Under the pieces are notes generated by a model. It was given only the letters and a program-made list of their open reading frames with translations. It did not search any database and had not been told where the DNA came from. From Nemertoderma westbladi (lineage: Eukaryota; Animalia; Xenacoelomorpha), in assembly GCA_032718475.1 (NCBI GenBank), contig JAUCBJ010002449.1:1-64000 (forward strand): a DNA stretch of 64,000 nucleotides, given 5' to 3'. Shown piece by piece: positions 51,525-61,805 of this stretch. The position numbers and the translations under genes were made by a program. Within the stretch, counting starts at the first letter, position 1; each line of letters starts with the position of its first letter.

Positions 51525-52061
51525 TGTTAGCTTATTCAATCCCGCCAACACCCCATAAAGTTATTAGCCGATAAGCAATATTGGGAGCCGCGAGATTGGG
51601 TAATTAACCAACTCGCGCCATCCCAATAAGAATGGGAAGGAAGCACACAATAGAGGGTCAGGGGCCAAACCCCTAACCCAAGGAGAACAGGTGGAGTTAA
51701 CGGGAATACTCCACGGGGCGCCAACAAGGGTATTAACCAATCAGAGGGGGGAACGGCATCGATTGAGTAGCAGTAAGGCCACCGTGCAATATAACCAATA
51801 ACCTATTCATCAGTGATTCAGTTATCTCAAGTGCAGCAGTGCTAGCGTAGGGTACAGCCAATTAGTTTAGTTAGGGGATCACGGGACTTTAGTTACCGTA
51901 TCCCGCCTTGTACACATTCACAATATCTATATCTTATAACCTCCTATTATACACCGAACTTCAGAACTCAGTCACTTTATTTCATCCTTATACACGGCGG
52001 GGACGCGTGGACTAAATTACCACAACCGGATAAATCGGGATCCCTCTTGGATCCCGTCACA
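51525..52061 (+). repeat. Putative 5' LTR (TGTTAG...GTCACA)
   Basis: TG start, CCAAT (AACCAATCAG at about 51736), TATA-like AATATAA at about 51788, and a CA end after a GGGATCC...GGATCCC hairpin. The 3' boundary is uncertain because no second LTR is present. Confidence 0.55.
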
Positions 52062-52146
52062 GTAACTAAACCCGAGCTGTCGCTCTAGTTAAACTCTAAG
52101 AACTACCGGTACAACCTAGCTAGCCGAATCATCAGCCACAGACGAG

Positions 52147-54834
52147 ATGAGTGAATCGGGCGAGACACCACCGCGGACCCCGGACGAAGATCAAACGATC
52201 CGCGAGGCCGCGACCAGGCGGTATAGGCCCACGACGCCGGAGCCATCGGTAACGGGCGACCCGGAAGTCCAAGATGAGGGGGACCGTCTGGAATCAGAAC
52301 CCGAGTTGAGAGGAGAGGGACTCGAGCCGGAGGATAAAGAGAGCGAGAAGGAGGGAGAAAGAGCGGAGTCGACACGGCACGGAGAACGGCGCGCCGATGT
52401 CGCCGGCCAGCTACCGGCCGGGGGCGACGAGCGGCCCACCGAAACGGTGACGGTGGGGCCGACGGTGCGACGCCGGACGCGAAGAGACGGAATAAAGATC
52501 GGTACCGATGTCGCCGGCCAGCTACAGGCCGAGGGCGGCGGACGGCCCACCGGAACGGCGACGGTGGAGCCGCCGGTACGACGTCGAACCCGGAGGGACA
52601 GGGGAGAAGTCGGCGAAGAGGACGTCGGGGTTTCTGAGCGACTCCGACGCGCTTACATCGCAACCCGGAGGATACTAAACGATGCCAAGAAGAAAGGGGC
52701 GAAGGTAGATGAGGTGAGACTGAGGAAGCGACTAGGTGAGTCGGATAAACACTTTAGTTATCTAATACACTTTGAGCAGAGAGAGCTAGCCGAAACGAGG
52801 GCACATGAGATTGCCGTGGAACTATTGGAACTATGGGAGTGTGGGGGTGTGGAACCTAGTGTAGGGCCAGTGTACATAGGGCCATACTCGGTCGATGCCC
52901 GGGGAATAAAACCGGTGGGTTGGAGGGGACTCGAAGGGGGCGAATCCGAGGTTAACTCCGAGGATTCGGCCTCGTCGGTCGGAGAAAGTTCCGGGAGGCG
53001 GGGGAGAGCCAGTGGGTCGGGAAGGCGGAGGGAATCCGTTACAACCGATAAGTCTGTTACATCCTCCGTAAAAGAAAGACGGGTGAGAGAGATAGAGGCC
53101 AGACACCGTCTCAATCTAGCGGTGGAAGCTAATAGAGAAGTAGGTAGACGGCTAGAGGAGGGGAGAGTGATGCTAGAGAGGGAAGCGGTGTCGATTAAAG
53201 AGTTAAGGGAAAGGGGCGAAAGGGCCGCGAGGAACCTTAGGGAGTATGACGAGATAGAGTTGAGGGAAGAGAGGGAACGCGAGGCGGAACGCGAGAAACG
53301 CGAGGCGGAACGCAGGGAGCGTGAGGCGAGAGAGGAAAGTGAACGCAGGGAGCGTGAGGCGAGAGAGGAAAGTGAACGCAGGGAGCGTGAGGCGAGAGAG
53401 GAAAGTGAACGCAAAGAGCGTAAGGCGAGAAGAAGAGAGGGGATTGTGAGAGAGATGGAATTGGTCGAGCAGAGAGAACGGGAGTCTAGCGAGAAAGTAA
53501 CAAGAGTGGAGAGTGGCCGAATAGAGTTAGAGAAACGGCGAGAGAAACTCCTAGGGTATACAGCTGTACACGCGCGCGATTTGGAACGGGCGCGGGCAGG
53601 AGTGTCTGAAAGCGGGGCCGGCTCGAGTATTTTTGAGGAGCCGAGGGCCGTAGATACATTTATTAATGCCCCACTGACAGGGACCGCACGACAGACCCAA
53701 AACTGGTGTGACCGTACGGGCGGGGGGGGTAATAATAATGATGGTACAGTAGGCGTTGTTAATATTGATAATACCGTATGGGACAACACTAATCAAACCT
53801 TTATTGCAGGAAATACTTTACCTAGTGGTAGTAATTTAAATTTAAATCAGAACAATCCTAGTGTTAATGTAGGAGATAATTCTAATATTGATGTAGTTAC
53901 GCAAAATAATTCAAATAATCAAAATAATAATCCAAATTCGAACCTACAAAATAATTTAACTAACGCGATCACGCAAAATAATTCGAATAATTTAAATAAT
54001 GACCTAAATCCGAATTTACAAAATAATTCGGATAACGTGGCCGCCCAGAGTAATACAAACGATTTTGTTTTGGGCGAGCAAATTAATTCCGTTTCCAATA
54101 TGGGTGTTATTAGTGTAAACACGTCGGGCCTACGTAACCAGGGAGCAGAGGGCCTGGTAGGCCACGTAGTTAGTAGACAGGGAGCAGAGGGCCTGGTAGG
54201 CCACGTAGTTAGTAGACAGGGAGCAGAGGGCCTGGTAGGCCACGTAGTTAGTAGACAGGGAGCAGAGGGCCTGGTAGGCCACGTAGTTAGTAGACAGGGG
54301 GCAGAGGGCCTGGTAGGCCGCGTAGTTGGTAGGCAGGGAGTAGAGGGCCTGGAAGGCCACGCAATAGCAGAGGGAGAGGCGGGGGTGAATAGACCCGACT
54401 GTGGTAGGGTTGATGTGTCGACTAGAGAGACATATAATAGCGGGGAGAGAGGTAGCGAAGTTAGATGTAGCGAGTGGGGGGGGGCTACGAGCACCCCACA
54501 ACAGAAAGTTAGCGGCGAGAGGGGGGGGGGGCAGAGAGTGTCCCACAGCCGTCAGCGGATAATGCGAGGGCCGAACAAGGTAAACCGCAACAACCGGCGA
54601 CGGAAAGTAATAGGGGGATTGCGAGTATCCCCAGCGACGTGCGATCGAGCAGAGAAAGACAGGTTGACGTCGCGGGAGGGCAGACGGAGCGTCGAGCCCG
54701 ATCAGAGGAGGAAAGAAGAACAGTGGGGTTTAACCGGGAGGTCGACGAGAGATCTCGTGAGCGGGAATATTCCACTGATAGGAGAAGAGAGGAAGAGAGT
54801 AGTAGAAGTATCGCCGCAAACGATAGAAGAGTGA
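52147..54834 (+). CDS. N-terminal part of the retrotransposon gag-pol polyprotein (E/R coiled coil, Asn-rich tract, 13-aa repeats); the true frame probably shifts at G11 54521-54531
   Basis: 895-aa ORF starting about 85 nt after the putative LTR, with purine-rich composition like the rest of the element. Confidence 0.75.
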   Translation: MSESGETPPRTPDEDQTIREAATRRYRPTTPEPSVTGDPEVQDEGDRLESEPELRGEGLEPEDKESEKEGERAESTRHGERRADVAGQLPAGGDERPTETVTVGPTVRRRTRRDGIKIGTDVAGQLQAEGGGRPTGTATVEPPVRRRTRRDRGEVGEEDVGVSERLRRAYIATRRILNDAKKKGAKVDEVRLRKRLGESDKHFSYLIHFEQRELAETRAHEIAVELLELWECGGVEPSVGPVYIGPYSVDARGIKPVGWRGLEGGESEVNSEDSASSVGESSGRRGRASGSGRRRESVTTDKSVTSSVKERRVREIEARHRLNLAVEANREVGRRLEEGRVMLEREAVSIKELRERGERAARNLREYDEIELREEREREAEREKREAERREREAREESERREREAREESERREREAREESERKERKARRREGIVREMELVEQRERESSEKVTRVESGRIELEKRREKLLGYTAVHARDLERARAGVSESGAGSSIFEEPRAVDTFINAPLTGTARQTQNWCDRTGGGGNNNDGTVGVVNIDNTVWDNTNQTFIAGNTLPSGSNLNLNQNNPSVNVGDNSNIDVVTQNNSNNQNNNPNSNLQNNLTNAITQNNSNNLNNDLNPNLQNNSDNVAAQSNTNDFVLGEQINSVSNMGVISVNTSGLRNQGAEGLVGHVVSRQGAEGLVGHVVSRQGAEGLVGHVVSRQGAEGLVGHVVSRQGAEGLVGRVVGRQGVEGLEGHAIAEGEAGVNRPDCGRVDVSTRETYNSGERGSEVRCSEWGGATSTPQQKVSGERGGGQRVSHSRQRIMRGPNKVNRNNRRRKVIGGLRVSPATCDRAEKDRLTSREGRRSVEPDQRRKEEQWGLTGRSTRDLVSGNIPLIGEERKRVVEVSPQTIEE
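54139..54360 (+). repeat. 39-bp coding tandem repeat (QGAEGLVGHVVSR) x about 5.5
   Basis: Visible in both DNA and translation. Confidence 0.9.
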
Positions 54835-55409
54835 GGACGGACAGCGAGCCGTCGGTAGTCGAGATGAGAACGGAGAGTCAGTGGGGTCGGACTCCGGGAG
54901 ATTGCCGTCGCCCCGGAGGGATGCGATCCGGTGAGACGCATTACACGCCGAGAGAGGGGTACGCGATGTACCGGTACGAAGATGAAAACAGTGGAGAGGG
55001 GGGTCGAAGAGAAACTTTCCGACGGAATATACCTACCGATCGAGAATACGGTAGCCGCGGGGAGGATTATTCGAGAAGAATAAACTTCGATCCCGAGCAA
55101 CACATGCAGACTGTAGGGCATACTGTAGGTCTTACTGCACATACCGTAGGCCATACTGAGAGAGGCAATGTAGGCGATAGGATAGCGCGGACAACGGGAT
55201 TAAACCCGGAAGTCGCGGAATACATACCGGCGAGTAGGCCAGAAGCTGATAGGCCTATACCGGTACCAGCACAGCAGTATGACTACAGCATGCAGGGACA
55301 TAACATATACCCAGGGGAGGGGGGAATTATTGCGGATAGGTGTATGGGCCCCAACATATTAACATCAACCCCAGTACCAGACATACCGGTGGGGGGGGGG
55401 ACAGGGTGA
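54531..55409 (+). CDS. Middle segment of the gag extension, between two poly-G frameshifts
   Basis: Frame is open from the G11 run (AESVPQPSADNARAEQ...) to just past the G10 run at 55391-55400. Confidence 0.7.
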   Translation, partial: AESVPQPSADNARAEQGKPQQPATESNRGIASIPSDVRSSRERQVDVAGGQTERRARSEEERRTVGFNREVDERSREREYSTDRRREEESSRSIAANDRRVRTDSEPSVVEMRTESQWGRTPGDCRRPGGMRSGETHYTPREGYAMYRYEDENSGEGGRRETFRRNIPTDREYGSRGEDYSRRINFDPEQHMQTVGHTVGLTAHTVGHTERGNVGDRIARTTGLNPEVAEYIPASRPEADRPIPVPAQQYDYSMQGHNIYPGEGGIIADRCMGPNILTSTPVPDIPVGGGTG

Positions 55410-55521
55410 CATTCCCCCATCACAATATCAACAATATACCCCGACAGGAACAAGAACAACGAGACCCCTAGATGAAAACAGGTCGTGCGATACAGACATA
55501 TGGAGGGGGCCGCTACCCCCG

Positions 55522-58500
55522 ATGACATATCCGAGTCAGAGAAGATCAAGAAATAGGACGGACGAACCGCACCAGACAAGGGAAACTATACAGCACCCGT
55601 CGAATCCATTAGAAGCGCAGGCAATGGGGATGGCCACGTTGATCGATGCGTTGAAAACGAGGATCGAATTACCACCCGTGGAACCGTTCAAATTCGATGG
55701 GAGCAGGCCGGAAGAATACTTACAGTTTCGGCGAATGTATAGTAACGAAATACTAACAAAAAACTTGACGCAGGCGGAGTGCCTAAAGTATCTACAAGTG
55801 TACACGGGAGGCCCAGCATACGATATCGTGAGGCAATACCAAGGAATAGAGGGCGGCTTCACGACAGCATGGCGGGCACTGGATAGGGAATACGGGCACC
55901 CGGCCAAGATCATCAGGCAGACGCTGAGAGGCATAACATCGGGTGGCCTACAGGATAATCCCGTTAGCATTAAGACGTTTGCTAACAAAGTCGAGAAGGC
56001 GCTGATCGTGCTGAAGACGCTAGACGCGCCATACGAACTCAACGCGTCCAATAACATCACCACGATAGCGCAGGCACTACCGAGCTGGCTGCGCAACAAA
56101 TGGAGGAAGGTCGCTTTCTCCACCCGAGACAAGAAGGGTGCGGAACCAGGTTTAGAAGAAATGTCAAACTTCTTAAATTACGAGGCTGAACTAATAACGG
56201 ACCCAGTCTATAGCGAAGATAGCCTGGGAAAAGGACCAAAGGCAGATCACTACAGGCCCAAACCAGAGCACAGTACATCGAACGCGTTACCGAGACTCAG
56301 GCAATCATTGCCATATGCAGCGACGCAGGGGACTGCAAGTCCACAGGCAAGCGAAGATAGGACAACATCAAGGGACGGACAGGGGAACAATAACAACATG
56401 AATAAACATAACCCCAGTACGTCCAGTAGGTCAAACCCAGTCAATAAGAATAGTAGGGACTTTGGTACAAACATAACTGCGATACGCAACGCATTGTATA
56501 AAGAGGGCTACGACCCAAAGAGCAAATGCCAGTTACACGCAAATGCGCTTCATAAAACCATGAACTGCAGGTACTGGCAGGCGCTACCGAGGCAAGACCA
56601 GATAGATTACGCGTCGAGCAATAAAATCTGCTCGCGATGTGTAAAGAGTGGACACAAGGCCAGGGAATGCCAAGAAAAGCCGGTCAAGTTTGGCCAAAGG
56701 AGAGGCCAGACGATGGCAACGAGCACAGTAGGGGCGAAGAAGAGAGGAACAGTGCTACTTGGAGTAGTACCAGTACGAGTGATCGGGGAAGGCAATCGAT
56801 CAGTAACAACACTAATGCTGGTTGATAGTGGAGCTGCCTTCACACTAGTTGAGGAATGGATAGCCGAAGAAATAGGGTTGAGAACGAGGCCAAGCAGGAT
56901 GGCGGTGACAACCATCTCTAGCAAGGACGAGGTCCTAGAGATGAGGACAGGACGGTGCGCAATTGCAGCAGTGGCACCAGGATGCGATTATGGGGCAACC
57001 ATCGACCCCATCCAAGTAATAGAGTCAATTAACATCAATGCCAGGCGGCCAACCAACATCGAGGTCGAGCAATACAAATTCCTGGACAACATTGACTTCT
57101 CAATCCCAGACGTGGACATTAGGAAGGTATCCATCATAGTTGGAATGGACTGCCCAACGGCCCACGAGAGAATGCAAACGGTCTTCGGCGAAGACAAGCA
57201 GAGCGACCCGGTGGCCATATTAACGCCATTCGGGTGGACGCTGAGTGGTCCAATTAAGAGCAAGATACCATTCAGGATGTCGGAGACATCAGGATGCATG
57301 TTCGCGGGAACAATGCAGGAAATGGGTGATGAGGGGGCAGAGGAGCAGCTTAAAAGACTGCTCAGGCAAGACTTTGAGGGACTGAAAGAGACCGGGGTCG
57401 GGACCTCGGTAGAAGACAAACAGGCTCTACAGAGCGTGGAGGAATCGATGACGTGTGATGAGGGGCGGTATACAATAGGAATGGTATGGAAGCTACCGAA
57501 GATACCGCTACCCGATAACAGAGGGATGGTACTCACGAGACTCCGAAAGCTGAAACAAACACTACAACGGAGCCCCGAGAAGAACGAGTACATTCACAAA
57601 ACGATCAAGAAGTACGTCGAGAAGGGATGGGCCGTGGAGTTACCGGTCGACGAGCCGAACACTGACAGGACATACTACCTGCCACTCCACGTAGCATTAG
57701 ACCCAAAGAAAGGTAAACTGAGGATGGTAGTCGATGCATCGGCAAAGACCGACGGAAAATGCTTAAACGATTACCTGTTGGAAGGCCCAAATATTTACAA
57801 TTCGGGCATAGAAGTGTTACTTAGGTTTCGGAATGGGAAACACGCCTTCACCTGTGACATAGAAGGCATGTTCAACCAAGTCCGAGTAACAGAGGAAGAT
57901 AGCGATAGTCAACGCTTCTTATGGTATAACGGCGAGGAAGAGCCGCCTATAATACCGGCATATAAGATGGTAGTACAAAACATGGGGGCCAAGTCGTCCT
58001 CATTTACGACGACTATGGCAGTGAGAGACACGGTAAAAGGGAAGGAAGATAGATATAGTAGTAGGGCCGTCGATATGATCAGACGCGGTTTCTACGTAGA
58101 CGACGGCATGGAGTCTGGAAATACGGTTGAGGAGATACTGGAAACAGGGCGCGAGGTTCGCGACATCCTGAAAGGATCCGGCTTCAACCTGACCAAATTC
58201 CAATCCAGTTCAGAAGAATTCATCAAGGAAATAGAAGACAAGAAACCAGAATCGACCATGGACAACCCTACAACAGCCAAAGGACAGGACATGGCGATTA
58301 AGAGAACGGAATCCCAGCAGAAGGCGTTGGGAATCGTGTGGGATAGAAAAACAGACGAACTGAAGTATCAGCTGAGCCAGGAGGGCGCAGACACCCATAC
58401 GAAGAGGGGTTACGTATCATATATAGCAAGAATATACGATCCCTTAGGCCTAGCATCCCCATTACTAGTCACGGGGAAACAGATACTCAAGAGAGTATAT

Positions 58501-60729
58501 AAGTTGAAGGATGAGTGGGACGTAGAGGTACCAGAAGACATCAGGAAACAGTGGAGCAAATGGACAGGAGACTTGGAGAGGATGGGAACATACAACATGC
58601 CGCGAGTGTATTTCCCGGACGGGAACATGACGAATCTGGACCTACATATGTTCTCCGACGCGTCGTTAGAGGCATACGGAGCGGCACTCTATTTAGTACA
58701 ACGAGAGGGGCCTCACAAGCCCAGACTAGCCTTTAGCAAAGCTAAGTCAACGCCGCCAGATTCAGCATCTGTTCCCAAGTTAGAATTGACAGCTGCGAGA
58801 CTAGGAGTTAGAGCCACAGCCTACCTAGTGGATACAATTCCCAACATAGTGGAGACACACTACTGGACGGACTCCATGGTAGTGCTTGGTTGGCTACACA
58901 ACGAAAAGACGAGATACCCGATATTCGTCGCGAATAGAGTGGACGAAATAAGGGCGAGCACAGAACTGGAAAGGTGGCACTACTGCCCAACAGATCAGAA
59001 CCCAGCGGACTTGCTGTCGAGGGGCGTGGAACGCCACACTTTCTTAAAGAAAGAAGAATTGTGGCAACACGGGCCACAATTTCTGAGCGATAGGGAGGCC
59101 TGGCCGCCGATGAGGAAGGTGGACCCGGGCTCGGAAGTAATATCAGAAGGAGAAGGAGATTCAGAGGGAGAAGAGATATACTCCCAGATGGTGAGGGAGA
59201 TTAGGGACGTGCAACCAGGAAGGGAACTGTGCGACAACCCGACGGATAAACTCCTCAGCTACAGTTCCAGTTGGTATAAGACCAAGAAACTAGTGGCGTA
59301 CTGGAGAGCCTTTGGGAATTTCCTTGCGGGAGTCGGCAAGGACAAGAAGACCAGGATAACCATAGATCTGGAAGGAGCGACCAAGGCAGTGATCCGCTAT
59401 GAACAACGCAAGAACTACGGCGACGAGGTGGAACGTGTCGATAACCAACAGCACCTCCGACGGGACAGCGAGTTGATCACGCTGTCGCCACAACTCAACG
59501 AGGACGGGATTCTAGTAATGAATTCTAGGGTGGGATATAACAACAGTATAGTCGTGCCACCGAAACCCATCATCATTCCCACAGGATCGCCTATAGTCCA
59601 CCAGATCATATGGGACTCCCACAAATCGATACTGCATGGGGGCACCAACCGAACCCTCACAGAGATAAGGAGGACCTATTGGGTCAAACAATTAAGAAAG
59701 AAGGTTAAAGCGGTAGTGGGGCAGTGCCAGACCTGCCGACGAGCGAAGAAGGAACGAGCCGTACAGGAGATGGCGCCACTACCGGCGAGTAGGGTAAGAC
59801 AGCACGACCCGCCATTTACGCATTGCGGTGTGGACATGTTCGGGCCGATAAAGATCAAGGTGATGCGACACACGGAGAAACGCTACGGTATTATCTTCGT
59901 ATGCAACAATACGCGGGCGGTAGGGATAGAACTCGCCCAAGATGCAACCGCATCAGCATTCATTAACGCCTTAGAAAGGTTTAGGGACCGCAAAGGTGGG
60001 ACGATCGCGGTGATATACAGCGACAACGGCACCAACTTTGTGGGCGCAGAGAGTGAGATGGCAGAGGCCTTAGACATCTTGGAGGGAGAAGAAGTCAGGG
60101 CGGCCATGAGGAGACGACAAGTGAAGTGGGAGAGAAGGACGCCGTATGCACCACATACATTAGGATGCGTCGAGAGACTTGTGGGCAGTTCAAAACGTCT
60201 AATGACGAAGCTAATGAACACCCACATGGTCACTGAAGACGTCTTACGGACAGTACTTGCGAAGTGCGAGGGGATCATTAATAGCAGACCGCTATACCCG
60301 GAGAATGATGACCCTGAGTCATTAGACGTGTTGACGCCTAGCCATTTCCTGATGGAAAGGCCAGCGACCATAGATATGCGGGGTGTAGACCCAGATGATA
60401 TACACTCCCGCCAAAGTTGGAAAGTAGCTAAAGCAATTAGCGCAGAGTATTGGAGGAGGTGGGTAGAAGAATACCTACCCACGCTCCATAAGCGAAGCAA
60501 GTGGAGGAAGCCAAACAGGGAGTTGAGAGAGGGAGATCTCGTAATCGTCACGGATGATACTATCATCAACAACCAATGGCGGTTGGCGAGAGTTGTAGGC
60601 ACCTACTCCGACGAGGACGGAAGAGTCCGATCGGTAGAAGTGCGGATAGGTGGAAAGATAGGTGCGAAAGACAGAAAAACCTACAGGAGAGCAGTAGGTA
60701 AATGCTGTCTTCTAGAAGGGGCACCTTAA
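55522..60729 (+). CDS. BEL/Pao gag-pol: gag core, Zn knuckles, aspartic protease, RT, RNase H, integrase
   Basis: PFKFDG gag core; CSRCVKSGHKAREC; LVDSGA; LRMVVDAS, DIEGMFNQV, FYVDD; FSDAS, PKLEL, WTDS, NPADLLSRG; HHCC; GVDMFGP, SDNGTNFVG, ERLVG; YWRRWVEEYL. The frame is open upstream to about 55398. Confidence 0.97.
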   Translation: MTYPSQRRSRNRTDEPHQTRETIQHPSNPLEAQAMGMATLIDALKTRIELPPVEPFKFDGSRPEEYLQFRRMYSNEILTKNLTQAECLKYLQVYTGGPAYDIVRQYQGIEGGFTTAWRALDREYGHPAKIIRQTLRGITSGGLQDNPVSIKTFANKVEKALIVLKTLDAPYELNASNNITTIAQALPSWLRNKWRKVAFSTRDKKGAEPGLEEMSNFLNYEAELITDPVYSEDSLGKGPKADHYRPKPEHSTSNALPRLRQSLPYAATQGTASPQASEDRTTSRDGQGNNNNMNKHNPSTSSRSNPVNKNSRDFGTNITAIRNALYKEGYDPKSKCQLHANALHKTMNCRYWQALPRQDQIDYASSNKICSRCVKSGHKARECQEKPVKFGQRRGQTMATSTVGAKKRGTVLLGVVPVRVIGEGNRSVTTLMLVDSGAAFTLVEEWIAEEIGLRTRPSRMAVTTISSKDEVLEMRTGRCAIAAVAPGCDYGATIDPIQVIESININARRPTNIEVEQYKFLDNIDFSIPDVDIRKVSIIVGMDCPTAHERMQTVFGEDKQSDPVAILTPFGWTLSGPIKSKIPFRMSETSGCMFAGTMQEMGDEGAEEQLKRLLRQDFEGLKETGVGTSVEDKQALQSVEESMTCDEGRYTIGMVWKLPKIPLPDNRGMVLTRLRKLKQTLQRSPEKNEYIHKTIKKYVEKGWAVELPVDEPNTDRTYYLPLHVALDPKKGKLRMVVDASAKTDGKCLNDYLLEGPNIYNSGIEVLLRFRNGKHAFTCDIEGMFNQVRVTEEDSDSQRFLWYNGEEEPPIIPAYKMVVQNMGAKSSSFTTTMAVRDTVKGKEDRYSSRAVDMIRRGFYVDDGMESGNTVEEILETGREVRDILKGSGFNLTKFQSSSEEFIKEIEDKKPESTMDNPTTAKGQDMAIKRTESQQKALGIVWDRKTDELKYQLSQEGADTHTKRGYVSYIARIYDPLGLASPLLVTGKQILKRVYKLKDEWDVEVPEDIRKQWSKWTGDLERMGTYNMPRVYFPDGNMTNLDLHMFSDASLEAYGAALYLVQREGPHKPRLAFSKAKSTPPDSASVPKLELTAARLGVRATAYLVDTIPNIVETHYWTDSMVVLGWLHNEKTRYPIFVANRVDEIRASTELERWHYCPTDQNPADLLSRGVERHTFLKKEELWQHGPQFLSDREAWPPMRKVDPGSEVISEGEGDSEGEEIYSQMVREIRDVQPGRELCDNPTDKLLSYSSSWYKTKKLVAYWRAFGNFLAGVGKDKKTRITIDLEGATKAVIRYEQRKNYGDEVERVDNQQHLRRDSELITLSPQLNEDGILVMNSRVGYNNSIVVPPKPIIIPTGSPIVHQIIWDSHKSILHGGTNRTLTEIRRTYWVKQLRKKVKAVVGQCQTCRRAKKERAVQEMAPLPASRVRQHDPPFTHCGVDMFGPIKIKVMRHTEKRYGIIFVCNNTRAVGIELAQDATASAFINALERFRDRKGGTIAVIYSDNGTNFVGAESEMAEALDILEGEEVRAAMRRRQVKWERRTPYAPHTLGCVERLVGSSKRLMTKLMNTHMVTEDVLRTVLAKCEGIINSRPLYPENDDPESLDVLTPSHFLMERPATIDMRGVDPDDIHSRQSWKVAKAISAEYWRRWVEEYLPTLHKRSKWRKPNRELREGDLVIVTDDTIINNQWRLARVVGTYSDEDGRVRSVEVRIGGKIGAKDRKTYRRAVGKCCLLEGAP

Positions 60730-60854
60730 ATTAGAGTTAGTGTGATGTTTAGTCGTCCAAGTTTTGGACTGAGGGGGGTGGGATTGAGGGCGAGACGCCC
60801 TTCCCACACAAATAAAATAAAATAAAATAAAAATAAATAAAAGTTAGTTGGTTA

Positions 60855-61295
60855 GAGGGTACGTAGTACCTAGAGTTAGTTAGTTAGTAGGTACGTAGTA
60901 CCTAGAGTTAGTTAGTTAGTAGGTACGTAGTATCTAGAGTTAGTTAGTTAGTAGGTACGTAGTACCTATAGTTAGAGAGTCAGTAGGTACGTAGTACCTA
61001 GAGTTAGTTAGTTAGTAGGTACGTAGTACCTAGAGTTAGTTAGTTAGTAGGTACGTAGTACCTAGAGTTAGTTAGTTAGTAGGTACGCAGTACCGATAGT
61101 TAGAGAGTTAGTAGGTACGTAATACCTAGTTAGAGTTAGAGTTAGAGGGTACGTAGTACCGATAGTTAGAGAGTTACTAGGTACGTAGTACCTAGATAGA
61201 GTTAGAGTTAGAGGGTAGGTAGTACCGATAGAGTTAGAGTTAGTAGGTACGTGGTACCTAGTTAGAGTTAGAGTTAGAGGGTACGTAGTACCATT
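60855..61295 (+). repeat. About 32-bp degenerate tandem array of hairpins (TAGGTAC-GTA-GTACCTA) with TTAG/TTAGAG spacers, about 14 copies
   Basis: 7-bp inverted repeat in each unit. Preceded by (AAAAT)n at about 60810-60842. Confidence 0.9.
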
Positions 61296-61805
61296 AGTTA
61301 GAAAGAGAGAGTAAGAGGTAGAAGGGGTAAAATAGGATATAGATATTAGATAGCAGTAAGTAGAGTTAGTAGCGAGAGGGGGGCATATGAGTACAGCTGG
61401 ATAAATCGTGTGGCCACACGACGCATACTGCTGTACTGCATGGGCCCACTGAGTAGGCCAGAATATGGATCAGAGAGAGAATAGAATAAATCCATAGGCA
61501 GCAGTAAGTACTAGGACAGTAGAATCAAAGCAAAATAGATAAATAAATAGAATAGGGCTAAAAATCAAAAATAGTGGTAACACAAAGGAAGTCGTTCTAG
61601 AACATAATAAAAGTAACGGACGGAAATTGTAAGTTAGGCTGATTTACTAGCTCCGAAATTAATTAGATTAAATTAAGCTTGAAAGGCGCAGTTAAGTAGA
61701 AAAGTAGGCCATTATCGAACTGTAGGAAACATCTCAATACATCACTCATCTGTATTGCGCCTTGGTAAGGCACCACCCTGCAGGTGAGCGAGTGTAGTGT
61801 TCGGA

